DNA from: Syntrophales bacterium
GTDB taxonomy: Bacteria; Desulfobacterota; Syntrophia; Syntrophales; UBA2210
DNA: 64,000 bases
Assembly (NCBI GenBank): GCA_963666365.2
Contig: CAXXNF010000001.1
Span: forward strand, 1,088,001-1,152,000
Direction: 5' to 3'
Shown here: piece by piece, positions 9,499 through 22,691 of the stretch
Layout: each line of letters opens with the position of its first letter
Position numbering within the stretch: position 1 is the stretch's first letter
Translations under genes and position numbers: made by a program
Notes under the pieces: model-generated
What the model was told of the DNA's origin: nothing
What the model saw: the letters and a program-made list of their open reading frames with translations, nothing else
Databases searched by the model: none

Positions 9499-10665
9499 AT
9501 GGACCTGAAAAGGCGACATTTCATTACGGGAATCGCCGCGGCAGCCGGTGTTTCCGCCCTGGACGGCTTTGGACTCCTGAGGGCGTCGGCGGCAGCTCAG
9601 TCCGTCGCTCGCGCAGTGAATGACAATCCAAGCAGAAGACTGGAAGACTACCCTCACATCACTGACACGATTCCATCCAGGGATATGCATCGCTATTTTT
9701 CCCTCATTGTTGACGCCTGTGCTGCGCCCGGAACAGGCTATCTGTCAAAAGTGCCCTTTATTATCGAACTGGAAGTAGCAAAGATCTGGAGCGAGTCGCG
9801 ATTCGAATGGGATGCCCTCTCGGCTGTCGGCGCAGCGGGCCTGCAGCAGTTGATGGCAGAAACGGCTCGTAAGTACGGTCTTACGGTGATTGAAAGTCCT
9901 GAGTTCGTAAGAGTGAACAAGTGGATTTGCAAATACCGGCAGTTGAGATTCAGCACGGGGGCCACGCGCCAGAAACTTTACCGCATGGCAGAGTCGGGAA
10001 CAGGCGCCATTTCGAAACGGCGCATCGGAGCCATGAATACACTGCGCGCAGAACTGCGTGAACTGGACGATCAGCGCGCGGCTGCATATGAGAATCTTGC
10101 TGCCGCACGAAGGGCATACCGGGATAAGATTCGCTGCATGACCCCGGATCAGCGAAAAAAAACAGATGCCAGATTCGCCCCGGAGCTGCACATTCCGGTA
10201 GGGGTGAGGCACCTCGTCAGGGGCATACTTGAATGCAGGGATTTTTTCGGCGGTCCCGTTGAAATGAATGTCTGGAGGGGAATCGCGGCCTACAACTCCG
10301 GACTGGCAAGAGTAAAGACATGGGGGGGCCTGCCTTTTATCGAGGAGACGGTCCACTTTACCCGGAATGTGGTTTCAGACCTTACCAGGACGCTGGAAAT
10401 GAAATATGCCTATGCAAACGGCGATGCCGCGCTGATCGCCGAAACAAGAATGCGCTTGGGGTTGAGGAAACCCTATTTTATGTATGTGGTCAAGGTCGGC
10501 GACACTTTTTTCCGGATCGTTCGTGAGCAGATCATGGAACGTTACGAGCTGACCTTTGCGGACGCGCTGAAGCACATACGGGATGGGCAGGGCAACGAGG
10601 TGAATCCGAAGGATATGTCCACAATCTTTCCGGATCAGCAATTCAGAATATACGTCCCCGAGTAA
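9499..10665 (+). CDS. Tat-exported lytic transglycosylase (SLT) with C-terminal LysM-like domain
   Basis: LKRRHFI twin-arginine signal; ESRF...SAVGAAGLQQLM...A; AAYNSG; YVVKVGDT...IFPDQQFRI. Confidence 0.8.
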   Translation: MDLKRRHFITGIAAAAGVSALDGFGLLRASAAAQSVARAVNDNPSRRLEDYPHITDTIPSRDMHRYFSLIVDACAAPGTGYLSKVPFIIELEVAKIWSESRFEWDALSAVGAAGLQQLMAETARKYGLTVIESPEFVRVNKWICKYRQLRFSTGATRQKLYRMAESGTGAISKRRIGAMNTLRAELRELDDQRAAAYENLAAARRAYRDKIRCMTPDQRKKTDARFAPELHIPVGVRHLVRGILECRDFFGGPVEMNVWRGIAAYNSGLARVKTWGGLPFIEETVHFTRNVVSDLTRTLEMKYAYANGDAALIAETRMRLGLRKPYFMYVVKVGDTFFRIVREQIMERYELTFADALKHIRDGQGNEVNPKDMSTIFPDQQFRIYVPE

Positions 10666-10735
10666 TTACGGAGAGTATCTATGGCATGGCCGAAACGTCC
10701 GGACTGGGGGATAATGTGAAAGGGGGGTATTTATC

Positions 10736-12103
10736 ATGAAACATAAGATCTCAGGACTTATTCTGGCCCTTCTCTTTTTCACTGCCACATTCTGCAATTC
10801 ACAGGCAGCGCTTTCAAAGACCGACAGTGCGGTATCAAAAAAGCTTGATCTCTACATGACGGCCCTTGCCGATGCCGGGAGGTTTGATGGGGCCGTGCTG
10901 GTGGCCAGGAACGATGCGGTTCTCCTCTCTAAGGGGTACGGAACTGCACAATACGAATTCTCCGTCCCCGTTACGCCGGAAACTCTTTTTCCCATCGGTT
11001 CAAACACCAAGCAGTTTACCGCGGCCGCCATCATGAAACTTCAGGAGCAGGACAGGCTGAATATCAACGACGCGGTTACGAAATATATCCCCGATACCCC
11101 GCGATGGAAAGATATACGCATTTACCACCTGCTGAACCACACGTCGGGCATACCCTCCGAAGGAGCGTACGTAACCACCGATCCTGTCGATTTCACCCTT
11201 CCTGAACTGGTGAAACGCATCACCGCGCTTCCGCTCAGCTTTGAGCCGGGGACAGGCAAGACCTATTCAAATAACGGCTACATCACCTTGAGCTACATCA
11301 TCGAGAAAGCATCGGGCCTGTCCTATGAGGAATACCTCCGGCAGAACATCTTCCTTTCGCTCGGGATGACCGCCACCGGGCAGGATAACCGCCGAGATGT
11401 GTTTGCCAACCGGGCATCGGGATATACCACGATGGCGGGAAAGCACATCCACTATGAGCCCCAGAACACCCATAACCGGTACGGCGCGGGGGCCCTTCAC
11501 TCCACAACAGAGGATGTCTTTCGATGGATGCGGGCATTCCATGCACCGAGCACGATCCTCTCTCAACAGTCTTCGGACAGGATGGTTCAAAACGATTATG
11601 GCATCGTAAAAGCCCAGATTAATGGTCGCACCGTTATCGGCCATGGCGGGCGGGCAGTCGGATTCATTTCGTACACCATCTATTACCCCGAAGAGGGTGT
11701 GACCATAATATTCCTGTCAAACCACGACAGGACCCCGATGGTAACTCTTCCGAAAGACCTTGCGGCCATAGTCTTTAATGAATCCTATGAACTGCCGAAG
11801 AGGATCGAACGCAAAGCCATGCCGCTTACCCCGGAGGCGCTAAAGGAATATACCGGCGTTTATATGGCTGAGTGGGAAAAGAGCTGGACCTTCACGGTAT
11901 TTCACAAGGGAAGCCGATCGTTTTACACCTCTACGTTTCCTCGTGAGACAGTAGAACTCTTCTTTGAGGGCAATGACACCTTCTTCGTGACACCCGAGTC
12001 GGCGGACTCCTTTATTTTCACCCGCGATAATAACGGGAAGATCGACGGGCTGAAAATGTATACGCTGGAAGGGATGTATGATAAGGCTGTCAGAGTGCCG
12101 TAA
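10736..12103 (+). CDS. Serine hydrolase, beta-lactamase/AmpC family, with C-terminal extension
   Basis: Signal peptide; SNTK, YSN, HGG motifs; LLNHTSG. Confidence 0.9.
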   Translation: MKHKISGLILALLFFTATFCNSQAALSKTDSAVSKKLDLYMTALADAGRFDGAVLVARNDAVLLSKGYGTAQYEFSVPVTPETLFPIGSNTKQFTAAAIMKLQEQDRLNINDAVTKYIPDTPRWKDIRIYHLLNHTSGIPSEGAYVTTDPVDFTLPELVKRITALPLSFEPGTGKTYSNNGYITLSYIIEKASGLSYEEYLRQNIFLSLGMTATGQDNRRDVFANRASGYTTMAGKHIHYEPQNTHNRYGAGALHSTTEDVFRWMRAFHAPSTILSQQSSDRMVQNDYGIVKAQINGRTVIGHGGRAVGFISYTIYYPEEGVTIIFLSNHDRTPMVTLPKDLAAIVFNESYELPKRIERKAMPLTPEALKEYTGVYMAEWEKSWTFTVFHKGSRSFYTSTFPRETVELFFEGNDTFFVTPESADSFIFTRDNNGKIDGLKMYTLEGMYDKAVRVP

Positions 12104-12114
12104 TGAGCATTCCC

Positions 12115-12189
12115 GGGGACAGTATACTTAATTCAATATGTGCATCCTTTGTGAATATCCAATGATGTAAAATTAAGTATACTATCCCT
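12115..12189. repeat. REP/MITE-like inverted repeat
   Basis: ggggacagtatacttaatt ... aattaagtatactatccct, 17/19 complementary arms, 37-nt spacer, between convergent genes. Confidence 0.7.
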
Positions 12190-12233
12190 ATGTTTATCGG
12201 AGCGATGGCGGCAGCAGGAAAAAAATAGCCTGA

Positions 12234-12824
12234 TTATTTAAGAAGCAGCGAAGGAGGCAGCTCTTGTACAAACTCGACGGCGAAATGTTGGGGCCCGGAA
12301 CTTCCCTTTGTGTGCCAAAGGCGAATCACTCGGGAACTTCTGAATACTATTGCATCTCCTCGTTCAACCGTCAGAATTATTATATCTTCAGGGCCGAGTA
12401 TGGGCATGCTGCAGGGCTTTCTGACCAGTTGGGCGCCGCCTCGGGAAATGTTTACCACTTCCAGCGTTTCACCGGCTAATCGAACTTGCAAGTCTTGGCA
12501 CGGCTTAATCCGCTGGTATTTCCGAAGATCGCAGGGAGCGCTTTCCGTTATTCTGCGTACCAGTATAGCCGGGAATCCTCTGCCCCGTGTGATGTACCCT
12601 TCGCGCAATTCGTCGATTTCAGCCCAAAAACCGTATCGTGAAAAGTCCCTTCCGGCATCAAAAAATGTTATGAGGATACGCTTGTGCACATAACGTCCAT
12701 CCAGAGGGGGGCGTGTCTGCAGAAGCACCAGCCGATCATCATTTACATCCTGCAGAAAAGACCGGCCTATCCTACCGGCATCGAGCACCACTTCAACTGA
12801 AAGACCCGGTTTCACTGCGTCCAT
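12234..12824 (-). CDS. PilZ-domain protein (predicted c-di-GMP receptor)
   Basis: RKYQR (RxxxR) and NISRGG (NxSxxG) motifs; N-terminal beta domain. Confidence 0.8.
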   Translation of the reverse strand: MDAVKPGLSVEVVLDAGRIGRSFLQDVNDDRLVLLQTRPPLDGRYVHKRILITFFDAGRDFSRYGFWAEIDELREGYITRGRGFPAILVRRITESAPCDLRKYQRIKPCQDLQVRLAGETLEVVNISRGGAQLVRKPCSMPILGPEDIIILTVERGDAIVFRSSRVIRLWHTKGSSGPQHFAVEFVQELPPSLLLK

Positions 12825-12827
12825 TGT

Positions 12828-14522
12828 TTATGATTCCTTATGCAAATGTGACGTAGAACCGTCCTTGTTGAGGTAGGTGAGGATCGCCTGCCGCACTGTC
12901 GGTGGAATCTTGATGCCCATGGCCCTGATCCGGGTTTCATATTTTTCGAATGAACGGGTGTGTCGGGAGGTATTGGCAAAAATCTTCAGATAGGATTGTA
13001 CGCTGCCCTCAAGTTCTGAGCGGAACTCCATATCCTTGTTGAGCATATCCTCCACGGGAGCAATGACCCGGTAGTTGATGGGGCGGCAGATCGAACGGTA
13101 GGCCACGAATCGCTGTGTGTCCTGGCATTCGTAATTTTTTTCCCGGATCGACTTTTCCACTACCCCCAGATCGATGCAGTCGAGTATTTGAAAGGCAAAA
13201 TCCGGTCTCAGAATCTCTTCCAAAATCGCCTCCGCCTTTTTATACTGCCGGCATGTGGTCAATTCTGCATCACCTTCGGTACTGCGTATATAGAGCGCAA
13301 AATCGATGTCGGAACCGGTCTCACAGACACCCATGTTGGTCGAGCCGAGGATATCCATGGCAATATCGTCCTGAACTTTTTCCTCCACGAGCCGTGCAAC
13401 CTGTTCCATCCTGTCTAGACGCTCGTCCGCCTCTTCAGTCTGAAACATCCGATAAAACTGTTTGATCTCGTTGTAAAGCTGAATTTCCGGGATATGAGAA
13501 TACTTCTTGATTTTCATATCGAAGTTCTCCCCGGCCTTCAGAGCCCTGTAGCGGTTTTCGTCTACAATCTCCTCGACCCATTGTCCTTCTCTTGGAAAAT
13601 AGTCGGCAATATCGTATATTCGATTTTCAACCAGCTTTTTAAAAATGATTTTCCTGATTTCACCGTTTTCGATCTCAAGAGAATAAAAAAATCCCCCTTC
13701 AGAAACACCGCCGGTCATAAGCGTTACTTCGCCGAAATTGGAAGGATTCAGATAGAGGGTATCTTCACGAATATCGAACCCCCAGTCGGCATGAATGTGT
13801 CCGGTGAGGCAGGCCTTGATGGGATGGGTATCGCAAAAGGTCCGCAGCGCCGGCGAACCGGACGTACCGAACTGCAACACCCGATCATGAATCCCGTGGG
13901 CCGGTTGATGGGTGACAATGATGTCGGGATTGACGGCCTTGAAGAAAGTGATCATTTCGCTTTGAGATCCGTCGGCGCCCCGGTCGTCCTGATAGCGCAC
14001 TATGTATCGCTCCGGAATGCCCGGGGTCCATATGTCCGCACCGCCATACCCGGCTATCCTTATTCCCTGAAAGTCGTGCCAGTGAAGATGTAGATCCCGC
14101 TCGTGAAGCGAGGTGTATTTCAGATCCATGTCATAATTGCCGGGCAGTGAAAACACGGAAGCCGTCTGCTTTGTGGCGAAAATATTTTCCAGCACCTTGT
14201 ATTTCTGCTGAAGAACCCGCCGGGCGCGGATGGTGTACTGCTGGTATTTGGTGCCTTTTTCTTCTATCTCGGATGACATGTCGGGACTTTCGAGAAGCTC
14301 GTCCACAAAATCCTCGATCAGCATGTGTTCTTTATTCATCTGGCGGCGCAATCCGTAAAAATATGACTGCAGGTCATGGTAGTTGATTGCCGTGTTCATC
14401 GTGTAAAAGGGTATATCAATGAGATCGCCCGTGATAATATACAGGTCTGCCACTGTTTCAGATAAAAGCGTTTTAATTCTTTCAAAGGCGCCGTGGATAT
14501 CTGCCGCGTAAATCATTCTCAT
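12828..14522 (-). CDS. Metallophosphoesterase fused to a C-terminal Pol-beta-type nucleotidyltransferase domain
   Basis: DIHG, GDLID, GNYD, THQP, GHIH; C-terminal ILGSTNMG...SDIDF. Confidence 0.8.
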   Translation of the reverse strand: MRMIYAADIHGAFERIKTLLSETVADLYIITGDLIDIPFYTMNTAINYHDLQSYFYGLRRQMNKEHMLIEDFVDELLESPDMSSEIEEKGTKYQQYTIRARRVLQQKYKVLENIFATKQTASVFSLPGNYDMDLKYTSLHERDLHLHWHDFQGIRIAGYGGADIWTPGIPERYIVRYQDDRGADGSQSEMITFFKAVNPDIIVTHQPAHGIHDRVLQFGTSGSPALRTFCDTHPIKACLTGHIHADWGFDIREDTLYLNPSNFGEVTLMTGGVSEGGFFYSLEIENGEIRKIIFKKLVENRIYDIADYFPREGQWVEEIVDENRYRALKAGENFDMKIKKYSHIPEIQLYNEIKQFYRMFQTEEADERLDRMEQVARLVEEKVQDDIAMDILGSTNMGVCETGSDIDFALYIRSTEGDAELTTCRQYKKAEAILEEILRPDFAFQILDCIDLGVVEKSIREKNYECQDTQRFVAYRSICRPINYRVIAPVEDMLNKDMEFRSELEGSVQSYLKIFANTSRHTRSFEKYETRIRAMGIKIPPTVRQAILTYLNKDGSTSHLHKES

Positions 14523-14607
14523 ACCTGTCAATCTCCGTCATTCCTCACCACACTGTTGAACACGTTCATTCCCTGTAGGCGCCTTTACCGAAGAGGTTCC
14601 GCTGTCA

Positions 14608-15408
14608 TTACCCCGGCTCGTTGAACATGGCCGTTCTTCCGCCGTCCACCACAATATCCTGGCAATTGACAAAACTTCCCTCGTCGCTTGCAAGATAGAG
14701 CGCCGCATAGGCGATGTCTTCCGCAAAACCCGCCCGCGGAAGCGGCGTCGCTCTGGCCAGGCTTTTTTTCAGTTTTTCCATCTTCCGTTCGTTCTCTTCC
14801 TGGGAAAGCTCGTTGGCCCTTTCTGAACCGCCCCAGAAGATGGGAGTCGCAATGGCACCCGGCGAAATTGAGTTTACGCGGATACCGAATTGACCAAGTT
14901 CCGCGCCGCACAAGCGGCTCAGGTGGGTGACCGCGGCCTTCGCCACCGAATAAAGATAGGCTCCCTGCTTAATGCGAATCGCCGCAATGCTGGAGGTGTT
15001 GATGATGCTGCCTCCTCCCTGCTTCTTCATTACCGGCACCGCGTACTTTATTCCGAATATGCAGCTTCCCAGAAGAAGGTTCATTCCATGCTCAAAATCC
15101 TCTTGCGTCACCGTCTCAATTGTTCCGCCTGTGCGCCCTCCGGCGTTATTGAAGAGACAGTCCAACCGTCCGAAGCGATCAACCGCCTGTTGGATAATAT
15201 CGCGTATGTCGCCTTCACGGGTCACATCGGCGCGGCAGTACGCCGCCGACTCACCCAGCCTGTCGGCAATTGCGCGCCCTTTCTCTTCCGATCTTCCCGC
15301 AATGATCACACGGGCACCTTCCCGCACGAACAGTTCCGCCGCGGCTTCACCTATTCCACTGGTTCCGCCCGTTATAACAGCTGTTTTTCCTTCCAGTCTA
15401 CCGCTCAT
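14608..15408 (-). CDS. Short-chain dehydrogenase/reductase
   Basis: TGGTSGIG, NNAG, YSVAK; GAGGAGG SD before ATG 15408. Confidence 0.93.
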   Translation of the reverse strand: MSGRLEGKTAVITGGTSGIGEAAAELFVREGARVIIAGRSEEKGRAIADRLGESAAYCRADVTREGDIRDIIQQAVDRFGRLDCLFNNAGGRTGGTIETVTQEDFEHGMNLLLGSCIFGIKYAVPVMKKQGGGSIINTSSIAAIRIKQGAYLYSVAKAAVTHLSRLCGAELGQFGIRVNSISPGAIATPIFWGGSERANELSQEENERKMEKLKKSLARATPLPRAGFAEDIAYAALYLASDEGSFVNCQDIVVDGGRTAMFNEPG

Positions 15409-15705
15409 ACCTGCCCTCCTCACACGACGATAGTATGCCACAAAATGCGTACGGTCTTTTTTATAGTATGTTGAGTGTAACAGGTCAATCAAAATGGCGT
15501 GCCTCGTACACATGAATCTATGAATGAGAGAAGACAACTTCTCCCAGAGAAAAGGAGATAACAGTTATTGACAAGAGGGTTCCCGGTTTCGTATAAATTA
15601 GAACCATCCCTTAATATCGGCATTTTCTTTCCGTGGGTGCCTCAGTGATCAATTCGCACATAGCATGGGAAACGTAAGAAATCAGCCGATCAAGGAGTCA
15701 CAGAA

Positions 15706-16446
15706 GTGTTTGACCGCATAATCTCAATCATCTTTCTCTGTTTTATCGGCATCTCTTGCATGATCATGTTCGCAGGAGCTCTGATCGTATGGATGTGCAC
15801 GGTTCTTTTTGACAAAAGGCTCGTCATCCTGCACTATTTTACCTCCTTCTGGGGATCGATATACCTCTGGGCCATGCCTGCCTGGTCGGTATCCGTAGAA
15901 GGGAAGGAACGCATCGGAAAGAAAACCTATGTCGTTGTCTCGAATCATCAATCACTGCTCGATATACTCGTCGCCTTTCGCATTTTTTTCCCCTTCAAGT
16001 GGGTATCCAAGGCGGAAATATTTAAGATACCCCTTGTCGGATGGAACATGACCTTAAATCGCTACATCAAACTTGTGCGGGGAGACAGCAAAAGTATACG
16101 CAGTATGCTTGAGGACTGCAACAAAGCCCTCGCCGGGGAAAGCTCGGTATACATGTTCCCCGAGGGGACCAGGTCGGCCACAGGAATCGTAAAACCCTTC
16201 AAGCCGGGGGCCTTTGTCCTGGCTCATGACAACAAACTTCCCATTTTGCCCATTGCCATCGACGGCACCAAAGACGCCCTTCCTAAATACAGTCTGAATT
16301 TTCACGGTATCCACAGAATTAGAGTAAAGATCCTCGAAGAAATCCCTTATACATCATTCGAAAAGATGACTGTCGATGAAACGGCCGCCATGGTGCGCGC
16401 GCGCATAGTGGATGCGATAAAACTCTTAAGAAAGACATCTCGGTAA
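15706..16446 (+). CDS. plsC: 1-acyl-sn-glycerol-3-phosphate acyltransferase family
   Basis: NHQSLLD, FPEGTRS, PFKPGAF. Confidence 0.88.
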   Translation: MFDRIISIIFLCFIGISCMIMFAGALIVWMCTVLFDKRLVILHYFTSFWGSIYLWAMPAWSVSVEGKERIGKKTYVVVSNHQSLLDILVAFRIFFPFKWVSKAEIFKIPLVGWNMTLNRYIKLVRGDSKSIRSMLEDCNKALAGESSVYMFPEGTRSATGIVKPFKPGAFVLAHDNKLPILPIAIDGTKDALPKYSLNFHGIHRIRVKILEEIPYTSFEKMTVDETAAMVRARIVDAIKLLRKTSR

Positions 16447-16499
16447 AAACCAAATTTCCCTTGTGCCTTCCGGTCTTCAGCCTGTGCACGCCTGATGAG

Positions 16500-17213
16500 T
16501 CATTCCTTCTCTTCCGGAAACGTTAACTGTCCCCCATACCGACCGATCACTGCAACCAGCGGCAAACAGATAAGAAAAAGGATGACATGCGCCATGCCGG
16601 CAGCCCCTGTGGCAGTCGTGACGGCGGGATCATAAAGACGCCAGAGAAAGATCGTCGCAGAAAGGACCATAAGCACAGCGGAAAGCCAAATTTTCATTTT
16701 TATCGGTTTCATCGGACGGGCCTGGTAATTGAGCCGCCAGGACAGAAATCCCGTGATAATGGCGGGAACGGCAAAGAGAATGCCGGCGCCGAGACAATGG
16801 AGGGATGTTGGTTCAAAAAAATTAAGCCCCTCTATGAGGGAGAGCAGTTTGAAAATCACCGCCATCATGATGAGCGCAATGGGAAAATGAACCATCATCG
16901 GATGAGGATGGCGGCGCAACGAAGGGAAGCGCACCAGAAGCAGGCTGAAGAAAAGAGGCATCGATCCGGCATCGGCGTTTTCTTTTTTGAAAATACCCAC
17001 CTGGGGATAGCGTATCAGCACATCTTTCTCATGAGGGGCCGCCTGAATATCGGCAGTAAGGTCTTTCCCCGCAGCATGGCGATTCATATGAAGGCCATCC
17101 TTCCACAAACGGCTTTTGCTTACGTCATATACTTTGCCCCGGCAGGCGACGAGCGCCGGCCGGCCTTCCTTGCCGTTCGCGGCCTTCAAAGTCTCCTCAT
17201 CATACACTTTCAC
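16500..17213 (-). CDS. Cytochrome b5-like heme/steroid-binding domain + DUF2231-like membrane domain
   Basis: GKVYDVS..W..G.H..RH.AG.DLT...APH; HPMMVHFPIA followed by 4 TM helices. Confidence 0.85.
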   Translation of the reverse strand: MKVYDEETLKAANGKEGRPALVACRGKVYDVSKSRLWKDGLHMNRHAAGKDLTADIQAAPHEKDVLIRYPQVGIFKKENADAGSMPLFFSLLLVRFPSLRRHPHPMMVHFPIALIMMAVIFKLLSLIEGLNFFEPTSLHCLGAGILFAVPAIITGFLSWRLNYQARPMKPIKMKIWLSAVLMVLSATIFLWRLYDPAVTTATGAAGMAHVILFLICLPLVAVIGRYGGQLTFPEEKE

Positions 17214-17277
17214 TATAGGCCCTCCTTAAAAATCCTGCCTTTCTCACCGGTCCTGTCGTTCAGGATCGATAGTGCGC

Positions 17278-19002
17278 CTATCGTTTCCTATATTCCGTGG
17301 GTCCTTTATGCCAGCCGGCAGCTTCGCGCCACCACCGGGGATACCCGACTCGCGCGGCAACCCGGTTCTGATTGATAAACCCGTCGGAATACTTCACAAT
17401 GAGCCCTTCCGAAAATTTCCACCAATCCGCTACCACTGCCGCCGCATTGGCACGACAAAATTCTGTCAGAAGCGCCCCGGCGCCATCGGGATTTTCCTTA
17501 TACAAAGCCTCGGCACGGTTATCCATGTCTTTCAGTGCCGCCCATTCTCTGGTTTCCAGTTTATACTGCATCTCATTGATATCCCGTATCATATAGGAAT
17601 ATTTCAATTGAGCCCAGTTGGCGACGAAATTGAAGGCCCACCACGCACTCTCTTTACTGAAGATTCCCACATCGCAGGTTTCGAAGCAGGACGGCATTGC
17701 CGTGATCCCGGCATAAAAAGGAACGAAGCAGGTCTCGGCAGGCTTGTCAAGGCCGATCCACATTATGCCGCCTATGGGGTCGGGATACCAGCTTCGTGCC
17801 TGGCAGACCTGTGTGTACCCGCAATAGGCTACCGACAGGGGTCGTTCCCAGGCACCCTCCCTTTTTTGCGTGGGATCGCCCACATCGCCGGAACTTTCGT
17901 AGGGACCGTAAAATCTGTTGGGAAAACCGAACGGCCCTGCGGCAATCCCCCTGGTCATATCGAATTCGGTCCCCTCGTAATGATCTCGATAGAGATTCAT
18001 GACATCACGGACGGACAGTTTTTTGTCGGGCTTGACGGAAAAGGGATAGACCTTTGTGAAGCCGTCCTCTACCCAGGGGCTGAATTTTTTGGACGGGGCA
18101 ATGAACGACAGCAGCCGCCATACCCTTCGAAGGGAATAGTAGGGATGGTTGTATTCACCCTGCGTGATGGCCTTAAGCCAGTCAAGCGTCCCCTCTGCGG
18201 GGTTCCACCATCCCTTTTCCTGCAGTATGCGGTGCAAATCCTTCGAATACATTATATCCGGATCATCGGGATCGATCTCACGGATACGGAATTCATTGGC
18301 GGCGACAAAGATCTCCCCATCGGGAACCCTTTTTGCCACCCATAACCCTCCGGTCCCTGAGGGAGAAGGGGCCATTTCCATGACCCATGCTTCCTCTGTA
18401 TCGCCCACGGGAAGGGTTTCGCCGGTCCCATAATACCCATAGGTTTCGATAAGCTCTCCCATCAGCGCGATGGCGTCTCGTGCCGTTCTGCACCGCTCCA
18501 GGGCAACGCGCGACAGTTCGGAGCTATAAAAAATCCTCTTGCCCGGTTCCGGACCTATGGTGGTTTTCACCCCGTCGGTACACTCTCCGAACATGAGCTG
18601 ATGTTCGTTCATTATGCCGTAATCACCATCGAAATAGGCGTAGGTATGGGATACCTGTGGAATGCTCCCCAGGGGAATGCTCTGGGGGCGATCGAGATCC
18701 ACATAGGCCGGCCCTCTGTCGGGCCCGGCGTAACGACACCACCAGGAATCGTTATATTTTTCATTTGGCCCCAGTGAACAGGGATCGTAGTAGACGTTGC
18801 GCATGGCGCCTTCCGGGTAATCCCGTGCAGACACGTACACTATTCGCTGATCAGCCATATCGTTATCATCGGAATGGGCAACGATAATAGAGCCATCAGA
18901 GGTGGCGTTTTTCCCTGCAATGATGGTCGTGCAGGACAAAGCCGGAAGTGTCCAGGGAATGGTGATACACCACATAAGCAGGATAATAAGTGCTTTTTTC
19001 AT
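17278..19002 (-). CDS. Dipeptidase, peptidase family C69 (Ntn hydrolase)
   Basis: Signal peptide then N-terminal nucleophile CTTIIAGKNATSDGS; NEHQL; LERCRTAR. Confidence 0.9.
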   Translation of the reverse strand: MKKALIILLMWCITIPWTLPALSCTTIIAGKNATSDGSIIVAHSDDNDMADQRIVYVSARDYPEGAMRNVYYDPCSLGPNEKYNDSWWCRYAGPDRGPAYVDLDRPQSIPLGSIPQVSHTYAYFDGDYGIMNEHQLMFGECTDGVKTTIGPEPGKRIFYSSELSRVALERCRTARDAIALMGELIETYGYYGTGETLPVGDTEEAWVMEMAPSPSGTGGLWVAKRVPDGEIFVAANEFRIREIDPDDPDIMYSKDLHRILQEKGWWNPAEGTLDWLKAITQGEYNHPYYSLRRVWRLLSFIAPSKKFSPWVEDGFTKVYPFSVKPDKKLSVRDVMNLYRDHYEGTEFDMTRGIAAGPFGFPNRFYGPYESSGDVGDPTQKREGAWERPLSVAYCGYTQVCQARSWYPDPIGGIMWIGLDKPAETCFVPFYAGITAMPSCFETCDVGIFSKESAWWAFNFVANWAQLKYSYMIRDINEMQYKLETREWAALKDMDNRAEALYKENPDGAGALLTEFCRANAAAVVADWWKFSEGLIVKYSDGFINQNRVAARVGYPRWWREAAGWHKGPTEYRKR

Positions 19003-19221
19003 CGTCGATCCTTTCTGTACGCGGCGGGTGCCTCTTTTTCCGCCGGGGCTCAATGACCGGGCACACATGTACCCACAATGATTCGATAAAGGAATATATT
19101 CTGTAACAATTTTTCACTGATTTTAACAGTCTCTTTTATCATTAATAAAAAGGTGATTACATGTTTTGACTTGATAAAATGAGTGTTTGATATATCATAT
19201 CGAGTGCAAAATGGGGGATCC

Positions 19222-22347
<3,126 letters not shown>

Positions 22348-22391
22348 CATCCCGCACAGGCGCATCTTGCATTCCGGCGATATCTGCTTTC

Positions 22392-22511
22392 GACATATCG
22401 TATATACGCGAAATATCGCCGCATACTCTTCGGCTGTTTTTTGCCCGAACTACGCCAACAGTGTAATTATCGGCACTAAATTCCATATCTGTTCCTGGCA
22501 TGAATCATGCG
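22392..22511 (+). promoter_or_regulatory. Sigma54 promoter module 1 (candidate UAS + -24/-12 at 22496-22511)
   Basis: TGGCATGAATCATGCG; upstream gacatatcg...gcgaaatatcgccgcatac; homologous copy at 25608-25726. Confidence 0.8.
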
Positions 22512-22691
22512 TAAGTAAGAATTTTTGTGAGGGGAGGCGCTCATATTTGAATCAGAAACGCAATAGGAACCATTCCGATCCCGGAGATAAAACGAATCAA
22601 AGAGTTGCAGTTGATACAAATATGTGGAGTCAACACATCAATATATGGACGGGTGTATTCAAAACGACACAATTCAAAAAAGGAGGGTACA

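Noticed and set aside
17272..18345. 357-aa plus-strand ORF
   Set aside because: Antisense shadow of the C69 dipeptidase
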